Origin: Holosporales bacterium
GTDB taxonomy: Bacteria > Pseudomonadota > Alphaproteobacteria > RUG11792
Length of the DNA: 59,788 bases
NCBI GenBank assembly: GCA_031270735.1
Contig: JAISWU010000034.1
Span: 1-59,788, forward strand
Direction: 5' to 3'
Below, piece by piece: positions 50,851 through 59,680 of this stretch. Below the pieces are notes generated by a model. The model ran no database searches and was not told the origin of the DNA. It worked only from the letters and a program-made list of their open reading frames with translations. The translations under genes and the position numbers were made by a program. The stretch's first letter is position 1; the number at the start of each line of letters is the position of its first letter.

Positions 50851-52455
50851 TTAGTCGGTGAGGTGTTGTTTCCAGAACTCCTCAAATTGACTCCTTGTCA
50901 CGGGGCTTTGCGGAATCTGTGTTTGATACCCTGTGTAATGAATCGTGATAAGGATGCAGTTATCTGGAGTCTTCTCTCTAACGCTTACCAGATTCTTCTC
51001 GCTATCGTCTATGAAGACCATCACTCTCGGCTTGCTTTTCATCTTAGGTAAGCACTCACGTAAGGCCTCCCCCTTGCCGAGCTTTTCACCATCCGTCGAA
51101 ATACAAGAGGGATAAAACACTGCACCGCCAGCTGTTTTTTGGGGGACACTCAATACTGGCTGCATACCAAACATAGCTTGCAAATTGCCGTTACGTCGCT
51201 GGATAACTTCGTTGTTTTCTCCGACTACAAGCGATGTAAACCCCATAACACTGCCACCATTTTTTTGCCAATCACTTATGACAGATGCGGCATAGTCATC
51301 AATGACCTTTTGGGGGTTATTCATAAAAACCTTTCCCCATGCTTCGTTTATCTCTTCTGCGGATTGCCCATTAAAAAATGCATAGTGCGTTTTAACATTG
51401 TCGGGGTACGTGCATGGGTGATCTGTGAACGTCAACACGTTGTCGACATCAACAAGAAACAGGACGCCCTTCTTGCTTGTGCCGACTCTCTCATCTACAA
51501 CCTTTTGAACTTCTGCCCAGCTACTCGACTCGATGTTAACCATATCCCTGAGATCAATTTGATTCTGTACAACGTCTCTTTGAGATAATCCGAAGAGGCA
51601 AAACACGGTGATTAGGCAGAACCCGATGTGGAGCATTCCGAGGATGTTGACCATGCTGGCGTCACGTCGTTTGCGGTAGGCAATGAGAAGGAGTGGGTAC
51701 GTTATGAGCACCAGGAGGGAAGATAGCTGTAAGACATCACAGTATGCCAATGTGAGGATTATAGCGTACGCAACATGTACCATGGTGAGTAACAGTACCC
51801 ACGAGCGTCTCACACCAATCTTTGTCACTAACGTCGACGCCTTACCAGTGTCATACTCATAATCCCTGATATTATTTGCCAGCAAAATCATCGTGGTCAT
51901 AAGCCCAAACGGTACGGCGAAGATTACATCTACCACTGACACGCGTCCCACCAGTGACAGTACACAGGATGCGAATAAGAGTGGGCCGTATGCCAGAAAC
52001 ACACACGCTTCACCACATGGCTTGTATTTCAGCATCAGTGGTTTTTCACTGTACGAGATTGATATGCACGCCCCGATCAATCCCGGTAGCAGGAGTACCT
52101 CGCTTCCAATCATCATCGCAGCAATTCCAAGAACCGATGCCAATATGAACGCCGCGATACCGATCCACAAAACATGCTTGCGTGGTACGATACCAGTTAC
52201 GAGTCTGTACTTTGTAGCAGAAGAGTGAATGTCATCGACTCCCATGAGACAATCCCTGTACTCCGATATCGTGTTAGTCGCAAGGTGGAACAACAGGATC
52301 GCCAGTGATACGCATATGAACGCCGTGTGATTCCAGATATCGTAATCTGCATAGTACCGCAGCTTGCAGTAACCGTACGTGCACAATATCGATAACCCGG
52401 ACATGGTTAGTGTATGTACCCTCGAGACTCGCACATACGACAGTATACCAGGCAT
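50851..52455 (-). CDS. Fusion protein: N-terminal UbiA-superfamily (MenA-like) prenyltransferase plus C-terminal HAD-like (DUF2608-like) domain
   Basis: The N-terminal ~300 aa are polytopic, with 'NTISEYRDCLMGVDD' and 'LLANNIRDYEYDTGKASTLVTKIG', which are the MenA-type motifs. The C-terminal ~230 aa are soluble, with 'LFLVDVDNVLT' (DxD) and 'VMVFIDDSEKNL...HYTGY'. The ATG at 52455 follows GGAGGAG. Confidence 0.6.
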   Translation of the reverse strand: MPGILSYVRVSRVHTLTMSGLSILCTYGYCKLRYYADYDIWNHTAFICVSLAILLFHLATNTISEYRDCLMGVDDIHSSATKYRLVTGIVPRKHVLWIGIAAFILASVLGIAAMMIGSEVLLLPGLIGACISISYSEKPLMLKYKPCGEACVFLAYGPLLFASCVLSLVGRVSVVDVIFAVPFGLMTTMILLANNIRDYEYDTGKASTLVTKIGVRRSWVLLLTMVHVAYAIILTLAYCDVLQLSSLLVLITYPLLLIAYRKRRDASMVNILGMLHIGFCLITVFCLFGLSQRDVVQNQIDLRDMVNIESSSWAEVQKVVDERVGTSKKGVLFLVDVDNVLTFTDHPCTYPDNVKTHYAFFNGQSAEEINEAWGKVFMNNPQKVIDDYAASVISDWQKNGGSVMGFTSLVVGENNEVIQRRNGNLQAMFGMQPVLSVPQKTAGGAVFYPSCISTDGEKLGKGEALRECLPKMKSKPRVMVFIDDSEKNLVSVREKTPDNCILITIHYTGYQTQIPQSPVTRSQFEEFWKQHLTD

Positions 52456-52456
52456 G

Positions 52457-52981
52457 TCAGACTCCTCCAGAAACATGGTTCTTACTTTGCTTTGCATCTT
52501 TCAAGGCAGACACAATTGCCATTGCTACAGACTCGCTGAGATTGTTGATCACAGCCATGTTCGCTTGTCGCCTAGAAGCCAAGTCGGCATACGGCAGTGT
52601 ATCGCAGACATCGTACGTCGAGAATGTATCGAGCTTCCTCTCAGCGAGCTTGGTGTAGTCGCTGTCGTATAGCTCAATTTTCGCAATAAGCCTGATCTGC
52701 TCTTTCGCTACTTCCTTCTCAGTGAATGCGACCGGAGCCTCGTGCTTCTCCACGGTAACGTTAATCGCATATGTACCATTGATGCCATAGCTGGTAAGAG
52801 TCCTCTCGATCGTACGACTCATGATGTGCTCAACATATGGCTCAGCCTTTATCTTGATCTTATAGTCTGCTGCATCTGAGAACTGCCGATCCGTCTCACC
52901 TAAAAGACACCTTGTGTCCTGGCATCCAGATACTACTAGCGTTAATCCAGCGACTGCGATCTTAAGATAATTTCGTAACAT
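52457..52981 (-). CDS. Lipoprotein, possibly LptE-like
   Basis: It has the lipobox 'LVVSGC' at the N-terminus and is 174 aa. The size and the C-terminal pattern loosely resemble LptE, so the functional call is weak. It overlaps the infB 3' end by 40 nt. Confidence 0.4.
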   Translation of the reverse strand: MLRNYLKIAVAGLTLVVSGCQDTRCLLGETDRQFSDAADYKIKIKAEPYVEHIMSRTIERTLTSYGINGTYAINVTVEKHEAPVAFTEKEVAKEQIRLIAKIELYDSDYTKLAERKLDTFSTYDVCDTLPYADLASRRQANMAVINNLSESVAMAIVSALKDAKQSKNHVSGGV

Positions 52982-55695
52982 TCTATTACGTCACCCTCAT
53001 TGAAATCGTTGAACCCATCTGCCAGAATGCCGCACTCATGGGATTGCCTGGATTCCTTGATCTCGTCCTTCTCATGCCTCATGGATCTCATCTTCCCCTC
53101 GAATATGCAAGCACCATTTCTCAGCACCATGATCTTCGAGTCACTACGTTTCATGAGCCCGTCGCTGACGTAGCATCCAGCGATCGTACCAAGTCTGCTG
53201 ATGAAGAAGAGCTTCCTCACCTCAGCACGGCCTATGTAGTTCTCTTCCACTATTGGAGCAAGCATAGATTCCATAACCGTTTTTACAGCGCTGATCATGT
53301 GATATATGACGTTGTCATGCAGGATTCTGACATCATTAGCCTTGGCAAAATTCTTGGCGGTGGGTGACACTCCAACCCCGAAGGCCACGATGATTGCTCC
53401 TGTGTTCTTCGCAAAATCCACGTCACTCTCACTCACGATACCGACGCGCTTGTCGACGATCTTTGCGCTAATATCCTTATGCTTAATCGCCTCGAGCGCA
53501 GCTACGATCACCTCCATCGAGCTCGACACATCAGCCTTCACAAACACGTTCAACACATTCGCACGTTCATCTGACAGCATCTGGTCAATTGCCTTCACGA
53601 CCTTCTGTACGTTCCTCGTGCTAACCTTCGCAGCTCTGTACTCCGCGATCTCTCTAGCCTTCTGTTCGCTATCTACCACAGAGAGGACGGCTCCAGGCTC
53701 AGGAGCCGACTCGATACCAACTATCTCGACGGGAGCAGAGGGCCCTGCAGATTTGACGCGCTTCCCCTTATCGTCGTATATCATCCTGATTTTGCCGAAG
53801 GTAGTTCCTGCCACGAAAACATCACCAGTGTTGATGGTACCTGTCTGCACTATCACGGATGCTACAACTCCTCGTCCATTATCAACCCTCGACTCCAAGA
53901 CTACTCCAACTGCTTTCCTATCCTCATTGGCCTTGAGCTCTAGGACATCCGACTGCAGTAGTATCGCATCGATAAGCCCATCCAAATTTGTTCCGTGCTT
54001 CGCCGAAATATTGACGCTTAAAACATCTCCGCCGAAATCTTCCAGCACGACTTCATGCACCATCAGCTCGGACTTGATCCTGTCGATGTTGATGTCAGGC
54101 TTATCGATCTTGTTGATTGCCACTATCAGTGGAACACTCTGTTCACGAGCCTGTCTAATGACTTCGATTGTCTGCTCCTTGATACCATCATCAGCTGCAA
54201 CGACCAGAACTATGATATCGGTTACGACTGCCCCTCTAGCTCTGATGTTAGCAAAAGCGGCATGACCTGGTGTATCGATGAACGTAACACAGCGGCCAGT
54301 GTCACCGTGAATTACCTGATACGCAGCGACGTGTTGAGTGATACCGCCCGCCTCTTTTTGGGCAACGCTTGTGTTACGCAGTGAATCCAGCAGGGTCGTC
54401 TTCCCGTGATCAACGTGCCCCATGACCGCAACGATCGGTGCCCTTGATATGAGCACAGCATCCGGGGAATCCACAATATTGATTATATCACTCTCCACAT
54501 CGGAATCTGAGACCCTCTTTGGCACATGGCCGAACTCCGAGCAAACTACCTCGGCAGTGTCCCCATCGATAATCTGGTTGATCGTCGCGATCGTGCCAGT
54601 CGACATTAGATATTTTATCACATCACCTGAGCGTACGGCCATCCTGTTCGCAAGCTCCCCAATCGTAATTGTGTCTGGAATATTCACGTCTCTAATAACC
54701 TTCGGAGCCTCCTGTTGCTTGCCGGCATTTTTTTGCTTCATGCGGGCGCGTTTCAAAGATGCCATAGACCTATCACGTACCTCGGCATCGTGGTTGAGAG
54801 CCCTGTCTATGTAGGACCTGGATACCCTCTTGCTGGAGCTACCTCGCTTATCCTGCGTCTTGGTTTTGACAACTACGTTCACCTTCTTGGGGGTCGATGC
54901 TCCATCAGAATCACGCCCCTTACCTCTATATGGTCCTCTTCCCTTCTGCGGCTCCTGAGATGTTTGGAACTGCGGAACCCCACTTTCAGATGGTGGCCTT
55001 GGAGAACCAGTAGTCGTCCTCTGGTAATCGGAAGTACGAGGTGTAAATGGATGGGTGCCAGGAGAGGTCCGTTGGTACTGGGAAGTACCAGAGGGCGTAC
55101 GTTGATACGGTGAGGTAGAGGTAGCACCGGGACGCTGCTGGTTAGGTGAAGTGCTTGGCCTCTCGCGCCTCTGCGACATGTATTCACTTGCCCGAAAGGT
55201 TACTGTCTCCCCACCCCGCACAAACTGCTGCCGACTCTTAGGCTCCTGTCTTCTGGGCCTCTCAACGATTGGCTCCGGCTCTACATCTCTAGGGCCTGTC
55301 TCAGTAATATCAGGATCCTCAATAAGGTTATGCTCTACAGACTCTGGCTTCTCCCAATCAGTAGCTGAGCCGACATTATCTGTTTGGACTACAGAGTCAT
55401 CATCATCTGTTGAGATTAACTCCTCATCCTTAATTGCATCTTGAAGTGCCTTGACCCTCGTCTTAAACTCACTATCCGTAAGCCTACCAGCACGCACATG
55501 CTTAAGTTGAGATTGCTGTGATCCACCTTGATCAGACTCTAGATCAACAGCAAGTCCACTTCGTTTCCTCTTTACGATTTCAACCTCAACGGTCTTGCCA
55601 CCATGGGATGGTCTAGTGACAGCCGGACCAGCACCAATCTTCAGTGACAGTACCTTGCGCTTCGGAGTCTCTGATGCATCGTCCTTGCTTGCCAT
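52942..55695 (-). CDS. infB: Translation initiation factor IF-2
   Basis: The 917-aa ORF has the GTPase motifs 'VMGHVDHGKTTLLD', 'DTPGH' and 'NKID'. It follows nusA. Confidence 0.97.
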   Translation of the reverse strand: MASKDDASETPKRKVLSLKIGAGPAVTRPSHGGKTVEVEIVKRKRSGLAVDLESDQGGSQQSQLKHVRAGRLTDSEFKTRVKALQDAIKDEELISTDDDDSVVQTDNVGSATDWEKPESVEHNLIEDPDITETGPRDVEPEPIVERPRRQEPKSRQQFVRGGETVTFRASEYMSQRRERPSTSPNQQRPGATSTSPYQRTPSGTSQYQRTSPGTHPFTPRTSDYQRTTTGSPRPPSESGVPQFQTSQEPQKGRGPYRGKGRDSDGASTPKKVNVVVKTKTQDKRGSSSKRVSRSYIDRALNHDAEVRDRSMASLKRARMKQKNAGKQQEAPKVIRDVNIPDTITIGELANRMAVRSGDVIKYLMSTGTIATINQIIDGDTAEVVCSEFGHVPKRVSDSDVESDIINIVDSPDAVLISRAPIVAVMGHVDHGKTTLLDSLRNTSVAQKEAGGITQHVAAYQVIHGDTGRCVTFIDTPGHAAFANIRARGAVVTDIIVLVVAADDGIKEQTIEVIRQAREQSVPLIVAINKIDKPDINIDRIKSELMVHEVVLEDFGGDVLSVNISAKHGTNLDGLIDAILLQSDVLELKANEDRKAVGVVLESRVDNGRGVVASVIVQTGTINTGDVFVAGTTFGKIRMIYDDKGKRVKSAGPSAPVEIVGIESAPEPGAVLSVVDSEQKAREIAEYRAAKVSTRNVQKVVKAIDQMLSDERANVLNVFVKADVSSSMEVIVAALEAIKHKDISAKIVDKRVGIVSESDVDFAKNTGAIIVAFGVGVSPTAKNFAKANDVRILHDNVIYHMISAVKTVMESMLAPIVEENYIGRAEVRKLFFISRLGTIAGCYVSDGLMKRSDSKIMVLRNGACIFEGKMRSMRHEKDEIKESRQSHECGILADGFNDFNEGDVIECYEIILRSQSLD

Positions 55696-55718
55696 CTAAC
55701 ATCGATCCTTTCTAAAAT

Positions 55719-57239
55719 TCAGTTAAACCAATTTTCACGTACCTTCATTATGAGGGCCATCGCTTCAGATTGACTGAGCATATCTCCCGTAATTTCCAGG
55801 AGCTCATCTGTTGAAAGATCTCCAAGATCATTCAACGTCTTTATGCCAGCCCTGACAAGGCCCTCAAGTAGCTCCGGCCGGAGCAACTCGCATTTCATAA
55901 GATCCTTGGCGACATTCTGTTCCTTACACAGATCCTCAACCTTGGACCTTATATCAGCCATATTGGCAATCGCCCGGTCCTTGATCTCTGTTGCAATCTC
56001 CTCGTCAAATCCTTCTATTGAGGCTATTTCCGTTATCTGTGCATTCGCAACTTCCTCGATTGCCGTGAACCCATTCCCCATCAGCAGACGTGCAATCACC
56101 TCATCAACGTCCAGACCGTCAGAGAACACATTGAGTATCCTCTCGCTCTCCTTGGCTCTGGCCTTCGTGTCTTCCTCCTCGGTCGTAACACTTATAACTC
56201 TGCCAGTTAACTTAGAGGCAAGTCTGACGTTCTGCCCCTTGCGTCCTATTGCTACACTGAGCTGGTCGTTCGGAACAACTGCGGTTACCTTGTTCCCAAC
56301 TTCCTCCATCACAATCCTCGTGGCCTCAGCTGGGGCCAAGCTATTTATAATAAACACCGCCGGGTTATCCGACCACTGGATTATGTCAATCTTCTCACCA
56401 CCGAGCTCGTTGACAACCGCCTGGACCCTAGAGCCCTTTATTCCAACACAAGCGCCGATGGGATCGATATTGGGGTCCGATGTCGCTACGGCCATCTTTG
56501 ACTTGCTCCCAGGATCCCTCGCAACAGCCATAATCTTAACGACGCCGTTGTATACTTCTGGTACCTCCTGCTCAAATAACTTCTTCAAAAAATCAGGATG
56601 AGTCCTGGAGAGCTGCAGTAGCGGACCAGTAGATTCGCTGTTCAGACTTACGAGCAGGACCCTTACTCTATCACCAACCTTAACGATCTCATTCGGCAAC
56701 ATCTCAGATCTCCGGATTATGCCCTCGGTCCTATTAATATCGATAATCACATTGGAGAACTCGATGCGCTTCACGATACCAACAATGACCTCCCCTATTC
56801 GATTGGAAAATTCCTTAAGCTGGTTTTCTCGTTCCGCTGCACTGATATGCTCCATCACCACCTGACGCGCTACGCCAGCGGACACCCTCCCAAATTCCAC
56901 AGCCGGTAGCTTGTCCTTTAAGACATCGCCGACATTAGCGTAGGGGTTTATGCTCCTTGCTACATCGAGTGATACATGGTTATTGAAATCACTCACAACA
57001 TCAACTACGGTCGTGAGCCTATGTACCTCAATCTCCCCGGTCTTCCTATCGATCACAACCGAGAAACTCTTCTCCTCTCCGTACTTCATCTGAACTGTCT
57101 TCAGGATAGCATTCTCCATTGCCGACAGGATAACATCGATCCCGACTCCCTTATCCTTTGCCACAACATCGGCAACTTGCAGGATCTCATTTTTTATAAC
57201 TAACGGAGCCCCTCCCTCTACTCTAGTCCTTTTATTCAC
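55719..57239 (-). CDS. nusA: Transcription termination/antitermination factor NusA
   Basis: It has an S1 domain, the KH motifs ('ACVGIKGSRVQAV', 'AIGRKGQNVRLAS') and C-terminal acidic repeats. It sits within rimP-nusA-infB. Confidence 0.95.
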   Translation of the reverse strand: MNKRTRVEGGAPLVIKNEILQVADVVAKDKGVGIDVILSAMENAILKTVQMKYGEEKSFSVVIDRKTGEIEVHRLTTVVDVVSDFNNHVSLDVARSINPYANVGDVLKDKLPAVEFGRVSAGVARQVVMEHISAAERENQLKEFSNRIGEVIVGIVKRIEFSNVIIDINRTEGIIRRSEMLPNEIVKVGDRVRVLLVSLNSESTGPLLQLSRTHPDFLKKLFEQEVPEVYNGVVKIMAVARDPGSKSKMAVATSDPNIDPIGACVGIKGSRVQAVVNELGGEKIDIIQWSDNPAVFIINSLAPAEATRIVMEEVGNKVTAVVPNDQLSVAIGRKGQNVRLASKLTGRVISVTTEEEDTKARAKESERILNVFSDGLDVDEVIARLLMGNGFTAIEEVANAQITEIASIEGFDEEIATEIKDRAIANMADIRSKVEDLCKEQNVAKDLMKCELLRPELLEGLVRAGIKTLNDLGDLSTDELLEITGDMLSQSEAMALIMKVRENWFN

Positions 57240-57256
57240 CTAAGAAACTCCATCAC

Positions 57257-57739
57257 CTAATTTTTAAACCCATCGATGTGTGCGCTGCAGATCTCTTCGT
57301 ACATCAAGTCTACGGCGTTCTCTCCATTTGGTAACGGAGAATCCAACGTCATCTTTATACCACACTCGTCGGCTGATTCCAAGTTCCCCTTGAATGTTTT
57401 ACGATCCCATTTTGTGACGTAGGTATTCACTACAACCTGCCTTCCACTGAACCTAATAAAATCATCCGGTGAAACGAGGGACCTGTCAATGCCTGTCGAT
57501 GATACCTCAAGATTGTACTTTCCCTTGATTGGATCGTGAACATCGAGGCTTATCGATACAGCCTTGCTTATCCTTTCGCAATCATCAATTGATACAGACG
57601 ATCCATCCAGTCGCTCAATCATTATCTGGAGGGTTCGCGTTTTGTTGCGTGTGAATAGATTCACGACCACGATCTCGCATCCAAGCTCCTTCACTAGCCC
57701 AGAAAGAATCTTCTTCACATTTTCGGTTGAAGCAGACAT
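57257..57739 (-). CDS. rimP: Ribosome maturation factor RimP
   Basis: 'LQIMIERLDGSSVSIDDCERISKAVS..LD' and 'YNLEVSSTGIDRSL' match RimP. I chose the ATG at 57739; the longest ORF starts at TTG 57760. Confidence 0.85.
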   Translation of the reverse strand: MSASTENVKKILSGLVKELGCEIVVVNLFTRNKTRTLQIMIERLDGSSVSIDDCERISKAVSISLDVHDPIKGKYNLEVSSTGIDRSLVSPDDFIRFSGRQVVVNTYVTKWDRKTFKGNLESADECGIKMTLDSPLPNGENAVDLMYEEICSAHIDGFKN

Positions 57740-58303
57740 GGAACGATACGTAATGAACAACTACCAAGGTCACACGAGATTATAGTGACTGTGGATGGAC
57801 GAATCAATTCCCCCCATAAATCTTTTCCAAACCCGTTAACTATACCTATGAGAGGATTTATAGACATGGGGAGGCAAGGCCCAATGAACAAGTTAGTACT
57901 ACTATCATCAATGGTGATGATAGGAACAGGGATAGTAAGGGGAGGTGAGAGCCTAAGAAGTGAGGAAACCCTAGAGAGCAGCAGATACACAGTATCTACC
58001 ACTCTGCCTAGAGACGTTCTTCTATGGGGCAGTAAGGAATGGACAGTTAGGGAGACGTGCGTTGTCTGAGATGTGTACAGACGCTTTCTATGAACCATAT
58101 TTGGATTGGTGAAATGATGAAAGATTTGATGCATACAACACAAGGCCAAAACCTTTGGCAGTCAGTACTACGAAGATTCTGGAATATTATCAACCATACT
58201 CTCCCTGATAGTAAAGGCGCATTTAATGCCACCAGATTATGGATCTTTCCTATTACAACATCCGCTTGAATCTATGACTGATTTATGGCATCATTTCAAT
58301 GGG

Positions 58304-58380
58304 CGGGAAGTAGCGCAGCCTGGTAGCGTAACTGCTTTGGGAGCAGTGGGTCGGAGGTTCAAATCCTCTCTTCCCGACCA
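58304..58380 (+). tRNA. tRNA-Pro (UGG)
   Basis: Hand-folded. The acceptor stem is CGGGAAG/CTTCCCG, the anticodon loop is UUUGGGA, the T-arm is GGAGG-TTCAAAT-CCTCT, and the CCA end is encoded. Confidence 0.9.
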
Positions 58381-58540
58381 TTGGAAATCCAGGGCCTTTG
58401 GGACGTTTTGGTAGCCTCGTCGGGCAAGTGATTTTGGAGCTTGTCCCACTCCTGTCCCACTTTTTTAGACGATGCAATGTGATTATCTGCGATGTATGAT
58501 GATGGCGTGTCTCACTTTTTTGAGAAGGGAGAGTGTGTTA

Positions 58541-59680
58541 ATGAATAGCTCTAGTGATGAGCAGAAGATGGCCACAGAAGATCAAGATGATGAGGCTTCC
58601 ATCCGGGAGAAGTTTGATGAGTTTATCAGGACTAGTGATGCATGCAGCGATCATAAGGAAGTTTTCATTAGCCTCCACTGCAAGGTAGGAAGTTACTGTA
58701 TCGAGATGCCACTATGGAAGCAGGAGCTTATTGATGCGCTCTTCGCTGAACCAGCAGCTGTCAAGAAGGGGCAGGAGTTAAATGATGAGTGCGATAGGTT
58801 ATTAAAAAAGTGTTTTGATGCTATTCCAGAAATGGTTGCTCCCTACGCTCAGGGAAGGCGATCGTTAATGCTCAAGGCGAAGCCCATGATAGTAAGTGTA
58901 TTGGATCAGCCGTGTATCAATCTGTATGAGGAGGATCCTCTGTGTGGGTACAAGAAAGAGCATTGGATTACGTGTGTTGTGAGAGAATACATAGATAAGC
59001 ATAGGACCGAATTCAAATTCAGGTCTGACGCTGGAAGGCAGCGATTCATCACCTACAGTTCAAATGCACTAGAGAAGGATGGGAGGATAAAGATAGAGCT
59101 TCTTAGGCAGATGTTTCCAGTTGGAAGTGATTATTACAAGCGCAAGAGGCTTGCTGTTAAGGCGTTGATATTGATAGCCTATGGGATCGATCCATCAATT
59201 ATCTATAGATCTCCATCTGACTACGAGGAATTTCTTAAAATAGAAGAGGTACAAGAAGTCCATAATAGGATAAAAGAAGCTGTCGAGTACGAGGAACTAA
59301 AGACTTGTGGCAGGAAGTCTTACGATGATCCTGACGCAATGGTACTAAAGGAAGATTTTGTGGGGTGGTTACGGAAAGAACAGGAGGTGAAGGATCATTA
59401 CAGTATCCAGCGTCTCTGGGGAAATGACGGAGCTCCCAAGCTGAGGCAAAATGGTGTAGCGGCCAAGCCGAGGCAAGAGGGGGAGCCTGAAATGGAACTG
59501 TGGGAGAAGGCAGTTTACTGTATAGCTAAATCCTTGCTAGATGAGATAAAAGAAGCAATTCTCAAACATAAGGAGTCTGGATGTAGGGCAACGGACCCGC
59601 TACTCGTTACCCCGGTTTTGCCATCAGGGAAGAATCTTACAGAAAGGACATGTAACAAAATTAAAATTCAAGGCTCTTGA
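58541..59680 (+). CDS. Orphan protein (about 379 aa) whose 3' end runs into the IS-like repeat; possibly truncated
   Basis: The ATG at 58541 follows AAGGGAGAG; the longest ORF starts at 58472. The sequence is rich in charged residues with scattered Cys, and I recognised no domain. The last 3 codons and the stop (59672-59680) lie inside the terminal repeat. Confidence 0.55.
   Translation: MNSSSDEQKMATEDQDDEASIREKFDEFIRTSDACSDHKEVFISLHCKVGSYCIEMPLWKQELIDALFAEPAAVKKGQELNDECDRLLKKCFDAIPEMVAPYAQGRRSLMLKAKPMIVSVLDQPCINLYEEDPLCGYKKEHWITCVVREYIDKHRTEFKFRSDAGRQRFITYSSNALEKDGRIKIELLRQMFPVGSDYYKRKRLAVKALILIAYGIDPSIIYRSPSDYEEFLKIEEVQEVHNRIKEAVEYEELKTCGRKSYDDPDAMVLKEDFVGWLRKEQEVKDHYSIQRLWGNDGAPKLRQNGVAAKPRQEGEPEMELWEKAVYCIAKSLLDEIKEAILKHKESGCRATDPLLVTPVLPSGKNLTERTCNKIKIQGS

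Noticed and set aside
53306-54265. A 319-aa plus-strand ORF, together with similar long ORFs at 55843-56601, 21250-21813, 5003-5611, 5817-6458, 1297-1858, 24994-25611 and 36424-36969.
   Set aside because: All lie antisense to, or out of frame with, confidently identified genes (infB, nusA, parB, rplS/trmD, the acidic protein, BI-1, rpoC). Their Ser/Thr/Ala/Leu-rich, low-complexity translations are typical of shadow ORFs.
57785-58069. A 94-aa plus-strand ORF in the rimP/tRNA-Pro spacer, and the overlapping 144-aa minus-strand ORF at 57715-58149.
   Set aside because: The two overlap on opposite strands, I recognised no motif in either, and their composition is atypical. I mention the region only as a spacer worth checking.
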